A stretch of DNA of 64,000 bases from Oopsacas minuta (GCA_024704765.1 JAKMXF010000055.1:442353-506352); one strand, 5' to 3'. Shown: positions 1 through 13,688, counted from the stretch's first letter. The notes: generated from the sequence alone by a model not told the origin. Numbers and translations are program-made.

Positions 1-949
1 TTAACTATTTAGGACTTGAAGATACGCTATTTGTGCTCTTCCCGCAGCCAGAAATTTGGTGACCTACGACACAATTGAATAGTTGGGCGTGCTCAATAGA
101 AATAGAACTCAGACATACAGAGATGAATCATGGGTATCTTGGGCACCGGGAGGACATCGAGCATGGGTCCTCTTTGGATCATCAGTAATAATAAACTCTT
201 GTAAATTATTATTGTATATATATACAAAGAGTTTGAAAGGCTTGGCCAAATTCTAATTATTTCAAAGTTAAGCATTTTGCACTCACTACAGCATGACCTT
301 AAAACATGTTATTTTGATGAAATAGTACATGTTCAATACAAATCTATTACAAATTACACGTAACTACCTTTCATAGGTGAAATATCACTTATTCCTAGTG
401 CTCGCTAAATAAATATCAATGTCGGGGATCATAAAATAACTGTTGGTTTTAAGAGATCGAAATGCTTCAGGCTGATGTCACTCATAAAATTTTGCCTTTA
501 ATCTTGTTGTTGGAATATTCTCAATTAAAAGATGGAGGGGTACGCACAATATGGGACAAACAATGGCAACAAAATTAAAATCTGGAAGTCCAAAAGTTAT
601 ATATCGGACCACTAGAGACGGTAATTCAAATTTTCGGATAAAACAAGGCATCAACGAGAGTTATTCAAGATTTCTCTGTAGTGCTTCAAAGATATTCTAA
701 GTCACTGATCAACTGATCAATGATAACTTCATGTTTGAGTATCATTTGTTGACATATTGAGAACTACATCAATATTTCGACGTTTGGGAATCCTAACTTG
801 ATTATAGACTGAATTGTACTTGCCCTGTCCACCACATAGAAGAATACCAAGTTTATGAAAAAGTTCAAACTCTGTCTTCTTCGTTTCACTAAAACAACCA
901 AGAGACTCAAGTAGCAATACAATAATATAGGGAAATGAAGCACTAGACG

Positions 950-2830
950 GGAAGGAGAGATTCCTTTGAAGGAAGTGCTCCAAAACAATTTTTCTATTTT
1001 CCAAAAAACAAGAAGACAAAATCTATTCCACCATGTTTCTTAAGAATTGAACGTGCTTCATTTCGACTGTCACCCTTCTGTTCCACATAAGACGCCGAAG
1101 ATAGCAACAACCCACATAAAGGATCATATGATTTATATAGGTCCACTATTACTCCACATCTACTCGACAACCGAGAATCAGAAAGCCGATTGCCTACCAA
1201 AGCCCATTGATGAGTAGATGTTGATAGAAAAATGTATAACTTTTGTCAATGTATAATACTTTTACAGTCACTCGGCTACATTTAGGGAACTTTTACACAC
1301 AAGATAAGTGAATGAACCGTACATGGGGTACATTTTTGAATCTGGTATATGCTCTCTGAAGACAATTTGAACACCAATATATTACCGCAGATATTAGAGG
1401 CACTATAAGTCATGTATCTTTGTGTCAAATGTGCTTTCTTTCCACATTAATGTGTACCATCGCCGAACTTTTGGTCATATCCGGGGAGGTTCGGGATAGG
1501 CTAGACAATAATAACGCGAGACAAATACTAAAATTGTTCTAAAAAATGGGACAGTTGGCATGAATGATTGTGAGACACTTTACTTCCATTGTTAGAGCTG
1601 AACAGAAAGACGAAAACGTTCTTTAACAAATATACATTATCGATTACAAGGTTGCTAATTAAAGCGGAAGCGCTTCGTGAGTAATAGATAAATTATGTTT
1701 TTACATTTCTATGACTCATAGTAGAGTGTTGAACTTTAGAACGATAGGTAAGCTTGAATAATGGCCGAAATTCTGAACAAGAATTGGCATGGGTAGGGCC
1801 GTTATATTGAAATACTTTGATCAAAATGGTTATTGGAAGATGAATGGAACTTAAAATTGTACCAGTAATATCGGGGTAGAAGTTTAAGGGGATATACAAT
1901 TTTAGCTAAGTAGACAGGATTGCAGGTCTTTAGATAGTATGCACGGCCCTACCCGAGGCTATCTGTAGCCTCGCCAGTGGTAAGTGTTGGTATACCTGGG
2001 GTTAGAGTCTTTAATCCTTGGAGAAAGTTCAATTTCTCTCTTGATTTTCCCTAAAATAACCGGACCCACAAAAGTTCCAAGCTCGCTGCGGTAATTAAGC
2101 ATGAGTTTCTTCATAAAATAGTATTTGGGAAAAAATATAATACAAAACGAACTATTGAAGTAGAAGAACTTTATGTAACGAAACCTACAAAGGTCCAAGA
2201 TATCTCTGAAAAACCATTGCATCAGTAAATGATGATACAAATTTGATTTTAAGACCAACAGATGAATAATATTGTACCCACGAAATCCCAGAAAAATGGG
2301 TAAATAACTAGATTTTTTCTAAAAATTGAAAACTTGTTTGTGATTATTCTAAACTGCTAAAAATTGAATAGTAGGCTATTATCCAACATTAAAGTAAAAT
2401 ATTATTGAGCATGGTAATATTTTGGTGGAGAAATTAGGCCAACAACCTCAGTATTCTGCTCGCTATCGAAACCAAGCCAGCAAAATTTATGATAACTTGC
2501 AATTGTCGTAAAATGTTTCTATACCTTACTTTGTTAGTCAACACATTTTGGAAGTGAAAATAGAATTATCGATAGCAAAACATATTTCCATACAAAGAAA
2601 TATCTTTGGGGGTCTGCAGACTCTCCAAAAGTGCCCAAAGACGGATTATGGATATATTGGGCCCCGAGCAGACATCAACCACGGGACTTTAAGAAATCCT
2701 TCAGGGACACCCCGAATATACATCTACAAACTCCTTTGGGATCATATAGGCTTGGGCTCCGAGCGACCAGCCCATCCATCCCTCCCTTAATCCACCACTG
2801 AAAGTGTTTACAAAAGTTTTCCAATTTTTC
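950..2830 (+). mobile_element. Highly degraded Ty3/Gypsy pol relic (RT, end of RNase H, integrase)
   Basis: Broken plus-strand frames give motifs in Gypsy order: KADCLPKPIDE (cf. KDxYPLPxIDE), YLCVKCAFF..TFGHI (KCxF..LGH), IKAEALR (ADALSR), QNGYWKM..HGPTRGYL*P, NPWRKFNFSLDF, EKWVNN, YIGP. Many stops and frameshifts; boundaries approximate. Confidence 0.5.
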
Positions 2831-5372
2831 CTTCTTCAATTCATTCATATTTAGAGTCAATAGTTCATTAGAAATTTTCACTATAAAAGGGAGCCAAATT
2901 ATTGAATATCGCCCAAAGGATGTGTACAATCAACAATCTGAAAATATATAGTAGATCTAACGAAAACTCCCTGGAAATGATTTCGACAAATAGACTAATC
3001 ATAGAATAGGTTCAATCACTCTTCAAACCTCGAGAAATTTAGGTGGATTTCTCAAATACCATCAACAATGAGTCGATCTATCATAAAAACTCCTAGAATA
3101 GAAGTCGAACCGCTCTAGTAGTACTAGTAACAAATAGGTTGACAATATTGGTACAATTTTTGTTAAATGCTTTGACGATAATTTCTAAATGGAGAGTTCT
3201 AAGTAGATATTAAACAAAATTTTAGAGGTAATTATGAAGTCCTTGCAATGCCTGGATAGACTACATATGAAAATTCATCAGGGTAACTTTACTATAGATT
3301 ACTTAGTAAACATAACATACATGTCTTGTGAGTCTGTTAGTGCTTTCAGAATGATCGAAGGTAAAATAGGAACAAGAAAAGAAAGCATGCTATAATTCTT
3401 AGCATTGAACAAGAATATTAGACCCTCTAATGTACATAGAGAAATGGATGTATATTTCGAAAGTAAACCAGCTTGTATAACATCTAAAACACGATCTGAC
3501 TCATAAGCATCCTAAAAATTATATAGGTAAAATTAACATCACTGGAGAAATGGGTGTTCAGTTTCTGAAAATTTTCAGTCTAATAATAAGTAGAACATTC
3601 CGGATAAGATTGAAATAAATAAGACAAAGGTGACACGTTCGAAAACTAAATGACTACATTGTTCACTAGGATAGTATTTCTGTTATACGTTAATTAACCA
3701 AATAAGTTATATAAAAGTCCAAGAACTGTAGTCTTAACGATAGTATTTCCAGAATGCATATTTATGAGAATATGGCAGTCCAAGTTCGTACAAATATAAT
3801 TCACATAAACGCGAAAATATTCAGAGAATCACATCGGATGCATTGAGCATAGTAATGTATAAAGGATGCATAACTATTCCAGACGCCGAAAAACGGAGTA
3901 TGAGGTTCCGGGATTCTTCAATATTGTTAATGGAACATCCGAAGCAGGAATTCCCTTCACAAAAGAAAATGATGGACGACAGGGATTCGACCCATTTCGA
4001 GTGGATATTGAGTCAAGTGGTGCATTATTACGGTTCTTTAACTCATGAGTTGCCATTGAATGACCTATTAAACACCGTATGAAAGCATAACCAAGTAATT
4101 TACCAAAATCAATTGATAGATGGCTATCTCAGTAGCCCAATTTATTGCAGTTTCTTACAAAATGCATTTCATAGACAAACATTTTGACATACCATTGAAT
4201 TATATTCACCTGCACAAACAACAAATATTCACCCCATACCAACTTAGGCAAGTACGGTTCATACTTGAAACCTGCTAGCTCTATTGGGATAAACTACATT
4301 ATTGCTGAATAGAAAGTCATGTAGGTGGGTTTCGTTGACAATACTGGCATACATAAAATGTTTGTGGTTTGTGTTATTCTTGTTTTCGCACCTTATATCA
4401 TTATCAACACAAGATGGAATAGTAGCGATAATATAAAATAGTACCCTTTGAACGGAATTAACATTACTAATACATATAATCTACATCTACATCTCCAAAC
4501 TATTTCAAGTCAAAATAACGTCATCTGATCGCTTACTTAGCAAATCTGTCAAACGATACTCCTGTAAATTGAGCATTCATTAAGGAAATTCAACTCTGTC
4601 AAGAGTCAATTAATTAATACATCCAATATTGCATAAATTATCTATTTTGTTCTATGGCTATTTAACTCAAAATATCAAAGCTGTCTATATTTATGTTTCC
4701 ACTTTGCACAGGTATAGTTGAACCATAGATGCCACATTTTAGGAGAAAAATCAATAACTTCACAGTATCTAATGTTGTGGTCTTATTATAATGGAAGCAT
4801 CTAATATATACAACAATAACTTATATATAGCTCAGCTATACTATGGTACAGTTTTTGTATTATCATTTCTATCTTTGAGGAAAGTTTATTTATTAGGAGA
4901 TCTAAAAGTCACCTTTCGGATGAGGGTATGGGTTTTTTGTAGTGCAAAAAATTACTATACTCTAGCTCAGCTGTATACAAGGAATCTCTATATACCAAGG
5001 GAAAAACTTAAAATTATCATTACAAATATATATATTACTTTATTTTATTGACTAAGATAAGGTGTTTAATGACAAAAAGACATTTCAAGTATGTCAATTT
5101 TATCAACGAAATCCAAATACATGACTTCCTTTTCAACAATAATATATTCAATACCAAAAAGAACTAACAGGTTTATGAACTATAACACCGATATACAAAA
5201 TTGTGAAAGGTCTGTGATGATTAAATAAAAATAACTGAAATTGAACAATTTGAAGGGAATGTTTATGAATGAGTTAAGTATGTATTCACAACAGGTCTAG
5301 AATTTACATTTTTCTGGTTGGAAGATTGCACCAATGTGCGATTAAATATATGAAATTAAACATACATTCATG

Positions 5373-5742
5373 CAAGTCTGTATCAACTCATTCATTTCTA
5401 TTGCACTAACTCATTCATTTCATTCATTTGGATGCAACCAACCCATTTAATTCATTCCAAATTATTCAACTCATTTCAACTCAAATTGTGTTACACTATG
5501 TATGATTAGGAATATACATGCACTCTGATATGCATTGAATGGTTGGAATCAACTATAGTTTTTTCTTCATAAGACAATCTACTATTACCGTATCAATAAT
5601 ACACCGAAAGAAAAATATGCGTAAAATGAGTTGATTCAGACACTAATTATCTAAAATGAGTTGAACTCATTTCATTGAACTATCAACTCATTCAATAAAA
5701 TGAGTTGACTTTGCCAACTCAAAATGAGTTGATACAGCCCTG
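5373..5742. mobile_element. hAT-type MITE, 370 bp
   Basis: TIRs CAAGTCTGTATCAACTCATT / CAGGGCTGTATCAACTCATT; perfect 8-bp TSD CATTCATG (5365-5372 and 5743-5750); many subterminal AACTCATT/AATGAGTT copies. Confidence 0.8.
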
Positions 5743-5787
5743 CATTCATGTTTATTACCTACTAAATCACACTAATATTAACTATCA

Positions 5788-6240
5788 CTAGCACGCTACG
5801 CTTGCTTGCGCTACGCGCATTCTAACACTTCGTGTTTGTACTCGACCTTCGGTCCTCGCTTTGACTACTAGTTTGTGTGGTTTTCGGAAACAGCGTACCT
5901 GATTACCCCACAATAGCCGTTGAAACCACATTTCTAGGATAATTTTGAAATATGTTTACTTTTGTTTACTTTATATTCATATAAACAACTTAAATCTGTA
6001 TATGACAAATCCATAAGTGTGATTCGGATTCACATATTCGCCAACCTTTAGTCAAGTTTTATGAAATTTGTATATTTTCCTGATTAACACCATAGATATA
6101 TAGATGCAAACATTTCTACAAATACGAATTGCACATTCCATTTCAGCTTCCTTAGCAACTGACAAACAGATTGACAGACAGACAGACAGATGGACAGATA
6201 GACAGATAGACAGACAAACAGACAGACAGACAGAAGACGA
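5788..6240 (-). mobile_element. Non-autonomous Helitron-like element
   Basis: On the minus strand it begins A|TC, carries a (CTGT)n microsatellite, and ends in GC-rich mini-hairpins followed by CTAG|T, with no TSD. Confidence 0.55.
6161..6233. repeat. Imperfect (GACA/GATA)n tetranucleotide microsatellite
   Basis: gacagacagacagacagatggacagatagacagatagacagacaaacagacagacagacag read directly. Confidence 0.9.
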
Positions 6241-7070
6241 TTTGATAAATTGAGATCTCTTATCAGGTCATCAAGATCATCTTGATCAATAAGCTGAGGA
6301 GAATTATCATCTGGTGGGAGTGATGTACTCATCAGAATCTCCACTACTATCATTGTCACTGCTAATGTCCACTATTTCTAATGGAACTGGTACAAGTAGG
6401 TCCTCTGAATGTGGAACTGGACTAATGGCGGACGGTACGTCTGTGTACGCAATACTGGATTTATTCATTTTTGTGACACCATCAATTTTCGTCATACAGA
6501 AATAACAATCCGAAAGATGACACATTGGTTCTCTCCATATCATTGGAACCGCAAATGGCATTTTCTTTCTCCTCCCAACCACAAGCGTAAGTTCTCAACA
6601 CATGTCTTACATGCATTGTGTGGAGCCCAAGGCTTATTTTAAACCCCAAGATGGCATCCAAAATATGCGAAATAATAGCGTTTTATAGCCTTTGTGATAT
6701 TTTCCGTTGGTCAGTTGTAGTATACCTCCCACAAATAGGACAAAACTTTTCAGGAGAATTTTACAAACACGAGAAGCCATAAACAATAAGATGAACAAGA
6801 GTGGAATCAAACAGATTATAACTACTATTAGAGGCAATTTACATCATATAAGCAATTAAAACCAAATAAATTGGATAAGTGTGATGTGTAGAATTGAATT
6901 TAGAAATATTTGACCAAGTAGTCAATTAAAAGACCGAAATAACTGAAATCGAAAATTTTTACTTTTAGTACCCTTGAGAATGAAAGAAAATACATATAAT
7001 TCCCAATATATATCTACACTATGCAAAAATAATAGAGAAAGAAGATCATCAAAAATGTTGTATATCAGTG
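6241..7070 (-). mobile_element. Chapaev3-like transposon, 5' fragment
   Basis: ATG at 6780; broken frame MASRVCK..FCPICG..KPWAPHNACKTC..MPFAVPMIWREP.CH.SDCYFC..DLIRDLNLS; terminus CACTGATATACAAC at 7070 flanked by TAA. Confidence 0.8.
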
Positions 7071-7339
7071 TAATACGCTGGCCTTAATTGGTATAGAGCT
7101 AACCTGAGTTAAATACTAGTTAACTTTCAAGGGAAATTAGAAGTCCCTAGACATAACAACTAACAACCAAGGTGCTGTACATATGGTCATCTACTCCTTA
7201 TTAATTGCCCGCTCAAGGGTCATGTGTCAAGGATATGATAATTCATGGCTATGCGTCACCAATTCTGGTTTAGTGTTCAATTGGCCAAATATACAAGAAT
7301 GAGTGCAAAGATATCTTTCCAGTTACAATTCACAGCGCT

Positions 7340-7760
7340 AAAGATACAAACAATAAGACCTAAATAGTGACTATTGACACCAGTGACAGTAGGAACCAAA
7401 TACTGCATAGATAGCATTGGGCAAGTACTGGGCACAACATCTACCTAGATTGTGTTTAGGTGTCTAGAACTTACCAAGAAGCTCGAAATAACAGAATAAC
7501 TCAAAATATTTGGTATTATCATTATGTGATTCTTAAGAGATTGATACTTGTAGGCTTCAATAGTAAAACTCTACTAACATTGATTTCGATCAAACTCTTG
7601 GTTAAATGGTTTTATTAATGCCCATAAAGAGCATGGGTCCCTGACTTATGTGCCCAAGTTGACTCGTGGTTAACCCTCTGCATCATACCATCCGAAGACT
7701 TTCAATTCCAAAAATTCATGAATGCTCCAAATACATTGAATTCCATGATGAATCACTAAA
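7340..7760 (+). mobile_element. Possible Gypsy reverse transcriptase relic
   Basis: One frame with stops: IVTIDTSDSRNQ..ISIKLLVKWFY..IIPSEDFQFQKFMNAPNTLNSMMN, resembling FSxxDL..G(F/Y)..P.G.Y.F..L.NAP.TFQ.MM. Confidence 0.35.
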
Positions 7761-9511
7761 TCCAGTATAATATTTAGTTTCAGACATTGTAGGCATATTT
7801 CGATGCAAATTTATATAATTGAAGTAAAGACTTACAAAAATACTGAATTAACTATGTGCATGCGCATATATTTGTCAGAAACGATGGAGATTTATTACTG
7901 TAAAAATTCGCATTAAACAAAGTACGGAACAGCTGCTGCATAAATAAACAAGTTATGGTCGTTGAAATTTGGAGACAGCGAATACAAAATATAATAAGGT
8001 CATATCTCGGTCGGTTTTGAACCTATAGGTCATACATTGAGTCAATCATATCCTACTAAACATAGGGCTTCACAACCGATAATGGACTTTAGACAAATGA
8101 TCTCCGATGCGACCGAATGAATTTAACGAATAGGTCCCCAACTATATAAAATCATAATTACTAGGTATAATAAAGTACTCTAGATTATAAATTCATTCTC
8201 TACAGGCATTTATATCGTTTTATACATTTTCACAGTTGAAATACATCAGAAGTTATTAAATATTGGTTCTGAATTCCATATTATCATTAACAGACAAAAT
8301 AACTTGACAGGTATCAATAGCAAATACATAAATACATCCATAACATGTAGAAGCTGCTGTTAATCTAGATCGATAAGAGAAATTTAGGTGCAATGTAGCG
8401 CTGATGTAGGACCCGAAGTGCTGACTTTGCGATTCAAGCTCATATATGTAAATTATGAGGAGATTCTTTGAGGAGCGCCAACTAACTGGAATCCAAGGCA
8501 TGAAAGCAAAGATCTAAGAAACTTCGGTACTTAATTCACTTCGTATTCCTCCAGCTGGCGGATAATCCATCCTACCTCCTACATAAATTATATGAAACTA
8601 AAGGAAATACCATACATCATACTCTAAGTATAAGTAAAGTGAAAGCTAAAGAAATAATCAAATTTATAGAAAATACAATCCAGTATAAAGAGCTATGACA
8701 TGATTGGATATTTAGCAAACACAGTTAATTCGAATATCCAGAAAAGATGAAAAAATCATTAAGGGAAATCAGATCCCACAATGATCATTCAGTTGGTTTT
8801 ACCTCATTAATACGTCCTCTCTGTAAAGACAACAAATGTGTATCACTGGTGGCTTTACATTACAGTTAGAGTTTCTTGAACTATATAGATGGTGAGGCAT
8901 AAGTCCTTCCACGATTGTATAAGGTTACCACAAATATTTCTTCCAACATTCAGGTCTTAATTGTCCCTTAGATACATTGAAATATATGTTTAGGGTGTTG
9001 TAATAAAGTAATATTTCTTCTGTGTCTATAATCTCAACAATATTGGAATGGACCAGAATCGATCAAGAATTATTCTATTATTTGAGGAAGGGAAAAGGCC
9101 ATCAGAAATATCCAGAATACTAAATTTTCCCAATAGTAGAAGGAAGTTTATATATAGAAATATTAAGCGATATATAGATACTGGAGAGATAAATGACTAA
9201 CGCAGGTCTGGTCATCCACGCTCTGTCACCACTCAAAGGCTCAAAAGGTATTTAGGGAGAGTTACGCAAGAATCCAGCCGTTTAATGAGAAAAATGGCCT
9301 CTGAACTTAAGTTCTCTCGTAGATCTATCCGACGAGTTGCTAAAAGAGACTTAGAATTGCGTTCTTTCATGCTAAAGAGAGTGGACCATCTCTCGACCTT
9401 AGTAAAGGGAAAAGAGTCACGAGGAGCAAAGGGACTACTAAACCGGCACGCAATTCATGGTCTTGAATATTTGTATATACTGATGAGAAAGTATTCACCA
9501 TAAAGGAAATA

Positions 9512-10784
9512 CGAGGGGCACTCGAAAAGTTTTGACGTTGATCGACATATCAGATAGTAATCATAAATTTGACAAGTACATTTTTTCAAAATACTCTCCC
9601 TGATAATCTATACATTCCTTCATTCTGGTAAACCAATTATCATAACATTTTTTCCACTCTTCTTTGGGTATGTCTCCGATGGCTTGGAAAATTGCCCCTC
9701 TCAACTCCTCATTAGTAGAATATCTCCTCCCACGTAATTGGTCTTTGAGTCTAGGGAACAACCAAAAGTCGCAAGGTGCTACATCAGGACTGTAGGGTGG
9801 GTGAGGTAATGATTTGAGTCCAGAATTTTCCAAAAACTCACGAGTTCTGATTGCCGTATGCGGTGATTCATTATCATGATGAAGAAGAATCCTCTAATGC
9901 CTGGCTTCTCCTGCTTGTCTCAATTGTTGTGATGACTTTGGGTAGGTACGCTATAGTATACCAGTCGGCAGTAACAGTCTTTTATCCTCGAGAGCAACAT
10001 CTTCGACAAACCCACTAGATCTGAAAAAATACTCACATATATTTCCTAACAGATCTGGCTTCCGCACTTTGGTTGGAGGTGGGGCATCTTCTATAACCCA
10101 CTCCTTTGAGATTCACTTTGTTTCTGTATCATAATGGTATATCCATGTCTCGTCACCTGTAAGGATCTCAGAATTAGCTCTCGAACTTTCATTAGCAAAC
10201 CTTTTGAGCATAATTTTGCAAAAGTCTATGCGCGATAAATTTTTGCTGTAAGTTCAAAGAATGGGGAACGATCGGCACACAATTTGCTGACACAAAGTTA
10301 TTTGTGGAAAATGATATTAATTGTCTCCGATGATAACTAGGTTTCATACTCTAACTGAGCATGCGTAATATGAGTATCTGTAGTAGTTAGATCTAGCATT
10401 TCGTTAACATTTTCTTTATTATGTGAAAGATTTTGTCTTCCTGAACGAGGTGCATCTTCAAGAACAAAGTTACCATGAATAAATTCCCTGTACTATAGTT
10501 CAACTATACTTAGAGAAGGAACTAGATCCGGGAAATGTTCCTGTAAAGATTCATAGATTTCTACTCTTGTCTTCTGTAGTTTGAATAAGATAAATCATTG
10601 CTCGAAAATCACGTTTTGTGAGATCTGATTTAGATTGAGATATTTTAGAAGCCATGTATGCTAAAATCATCTAATTTATGATAGTAGAAGAGATAAATGA
10701 TTGAAAATTTCGAAGTAGCTAATAAAATACATCCGCACATAGATGGTTTCATATCAAACTGCAAAACTTTTCGAATGCCTATTG
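9512..10784 (-). mobile_element. Full-length degenerate mariner (DD34D), 1273 bp
   Basis: TIRs CGAGGGGCACTCGAAAAGTTTTG / CAATAGGCATTCGAAAAGTTTTG with TA on both sides; ATG 10655; LTGDETW, HHDNESPH, HPPYSPDVAPCDFWLFP, 34 aa between D2 and D3. Confidence 0.9.
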
Positions 10785-10887
10785 TACCTAACCCTCAAAA
10801 CGATCGCATCATGTCATCCTCACTTGAAAACATTTCTGAATAACTTCGATACGTTAGTCGGATACAAAACCTCTCTCAGTGATGGTA

Positions 10888-12231
10888 CAGTCTGTTACAT
10901 ATATATTTAGAATTTTATTTTTTTGCTGAGGAATAACTGAAATGCCAGATATCTAGAAAATTATCACTTTATTCTGTGAATAAATAATTGATAATCAGTA
11001 TTTAATGGGATATCCATCGTTGTCAACAGCCATTTGGTACCTTCGTGTCAAGGATTCCCAGTAAGGTCGCAAAAATGCTGGATCGATTCGATTCCATAAG
11101 CCTTCTAACTTTTCACTTAGTTCTGGAATGCTCCTGCGGCCTAGTTTAATCAGCTGCTGCTTTACCCATCTAAATAAATTTTCAATAGGGTTGAGGTCTG
11201 GACTTTATGAAGGCCAATGAATTTGTTTGGGGACATTCTGTGAGAGCCAAACCTTTACCTTCCGTGAGGTGTGTTTAGGATCATTAACCATGACCAATCG
11301 CCAATTATTTTCATGGAATACATTTGCCTGGGCTATTAAATGACCCTCCATTATCTGTAGGAACAAGTCATTACCATATTCTGTGTAAAAATGCACAGTA
11401 GAAATGTGCCTATGGATGAAAAAGCAGCCCACGCGTGAATTTTTGGGACATGCTTCGTTGTTTGAGCGAATCTTTTTTTGTTGGATTTTGTCCATATCCT
11501 TATTCTCCCTCTCGATAACCAGATCGACATATTGTCAAAGGAATACAGTGTTCGCCATCCCTTTTTAGGATACTTGTGCTTCTTGGTCTATCTTCTGCGG
11601 TATAAACGGTTCTTTTCGCTAAGCATGGGGGTTTTATTTGGATAGGGTTTGGTGTAAGACTGGTCTTTTAACATGCGTTGTACCGTCTGGTAGGATGTCA
11701 TATAAGGAGCCCGACTTGCTAGTGTTCGAAGGGGCAAATAGGGCTTACATCTCACCCGTTGTATAACCGAGTGCTTGATAGGGATGGTAAGGTATTGGGC
11801 CTTCCTGCTCCCTTTTTGTGAGAGATCTCTCCACTAGGATCCAACCGGGCCTTTACATTGTAGACCGTCGCCAAAGAGATTCCAACATTTTTGGAAATTT
11901 GTTTGGGACTAAGTTGTTTTGATTGTGATAAGGTCTTTATCATTTCTCTCTTCACAATTTGAGTCATTATCAGCTCTAGTATTCAAGTGACTGTGAAAAT
12001 GCAATCATAATATGAATTAAAGGTGAAAATTACGGTAAATGACGTCACACATTTTTGTATACGACTCCTAAAACACCAAAATGAAAGTCTTTAAACAACT
12101 ATCGTTGACATTGGTAGAAATAGGCAAAACTTTGTAATACATCACTCAGAAGCACGATATTTGAATATACTTCAGAATTATGTGGGTTTACAATAACGAT
12201 TCACATTTCTAAATATTTATATAACAGATTG
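10888..12231 (-). mobile_element. Full-length degenerate Tc1-like element (DD34E spacing), 1344 bp
   Basis: TIRs CAGTCTGTTACATATATATTTAG / CAATCTGTTATATAAATATTTAG, flanks TA and CA; transposase relic 11967-10995 with GAGRP, VMVNDPKH (D2 changed to V) and SPDLNPIEN. Confidence 0.9.
12022..12047. promoter_or_regulatory. GGTGAAAAT-N9-TGACGTCA module (CRE/ATF-like palindrome) in Tc1 5' region
   Basis: Palindrome TGACGTCA 73 bp upstream of the transposase ATG; the same module occurs at 17785-17810. Function is inferred only. Confidence 0.4.
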
Positions 12232-13688
12232 CATGAGCGGGAGTTTCTACAATTAGCCAGACAACATTCATTTTTGTACCCGCAGGAGTGAAAATCAATA
12301 CTCAGATCTACCGAGAGTTTATATTAAAGCCTGTTGTAAAGAACTGAGCCGTACGATGTTTTCTGGAAAACTTTTTGTGTTTCAGCAGAACGTTGCTCCA
12401 GCTCATACTTTTAATGATACACAAAAATGTCTTCGAGCAATAATCCCAATTTTATTCGGAAGGAAGAATGGACACCCTACAGTCCTGATAGGAACTCAAT
12501 GGACTATTCTATCTGGCGAATCTTGGAAACAAATGCCTGTCCAAAGTCTCACACAAATGTAGAGGCATTGAAAAGGGCATTGTGTCGAGAATGGGAGAGG
12601 GAACCTTAAGACACCCTACGTGCGCTGTTGATGCTTTTCCCAAGAGACTGCACACTGTTATCAAAGCAAAAGGTGGCTATATTGAAAAATAATTTGTATT
12701 AATGATAATGAAGGTATTTTGTATTCCTATAAAAAGTATCAGGATGATACTGGGCTTATTGGAAATCATATAGAAATTTAAATTTGTGGCAAAACTTATG
12801 CCCCACCCTGTAATCTCTAACAAAATCGCCATTTTCCATCCTCCAATCCTTGGACTGTGTTGACAGAATGTTTCTTCCAACTAAAATTGGAGACATTATT
12901 GTTATCAGTATATTGTTATAGTTTCAAATGATATAAGTGGTTGAATGTATAGTTTTCCTAGATTTTATGAATATAGATGTTGTTAACTGGATTACTCATA
13001 TTAATAAAGTGGTAATTTACATTTCAACTAGTTTTGCAGATCCTTATCTTGAATTATCAGTGTCTTTCCCAAACCATAAATTCATCTTGCGATTCACGAA
13101 TAGCATCATCCCTATTTCGATTGCAGTTAAAGGTCACCATACAACAGTCAAACATTGATAATATAATGCTTGGCTAGGTTCTCCTTTTTTGAATTAAAAT
13201 TCCACATCTTATGCAATAGAAAAGATGCATCTCATTATATTTGTTCTGTATTGTTAGCATCCAGTATCATGATTCAAATTCCTATCCCCTTCCATCAGAA
13301 TTCTTTTTGGGAATTATAGTGGGATGACTCATCATTAGGAAATTATTTCCCATTCTCACCACAAACCTGAAGTACAATATGTATGGGGTAGATTGACTAG
13401 TAAAAAAGAATAGGTAATTTTCAATTGGAAGATGGAAATAATGAACAAATTTACGTTATTTGTGATTTGGAAGTAGCCAGTGCTGAGTATATCCTACGCG
13501 CCGAGACGAAATTTCCAAGATATTTAGCTGTTTCGTTCTTAAGCCAAACCTGTAGTAGAAAGCTGTTGTGCAGAAACAGCAAGTGAAACACCGAGGAATA
13601 TATTATTAATTAATTCTTTCGATCTGATTATGGGTATTATATGGCAGACAAGATAAAAGTCGAATGAATTCTTAAGTTCATCTAATTA

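Larger units (their letters stand above)
8888..12810 (+). mobile_element. maT (DD37D-type) element split by two insertions
   Basis: TIRs (G/C)A(T/G)GGTG(A/G)GGCATAAG with TA flanks. Transposase in three pieces: 9048-9511 (MDQNRSRII..TDEKVFTIKE), 10787-10887 (PNPQNDRIMS..SVMV), 12234-12691 (AGVS..FQQNVAPAH..SMDYSIW..KGGYIEK*). Removing inserts and TSDs leaves about 1302 bp. Confidence 0.85.

Noticed and set aside
729-1200. Minus-strand ORFs as a host gene (GAP-like)
   Set aside because: No convincing domain motif; they overlap the antisense of the Gypsy pol relic and are probably shadow ORFs.
3790-4082. L1/Tx1-like RT hints (DAEK, FEWILSQVVHYYG, VNG..RQG)
   Set aside because: Motifs are in conflicting order and spacing; too weak to call.
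4770-4990. Two TAGCTCAG A-box-like motifs
   Set aside because: No B box or cloverleaf follows either.
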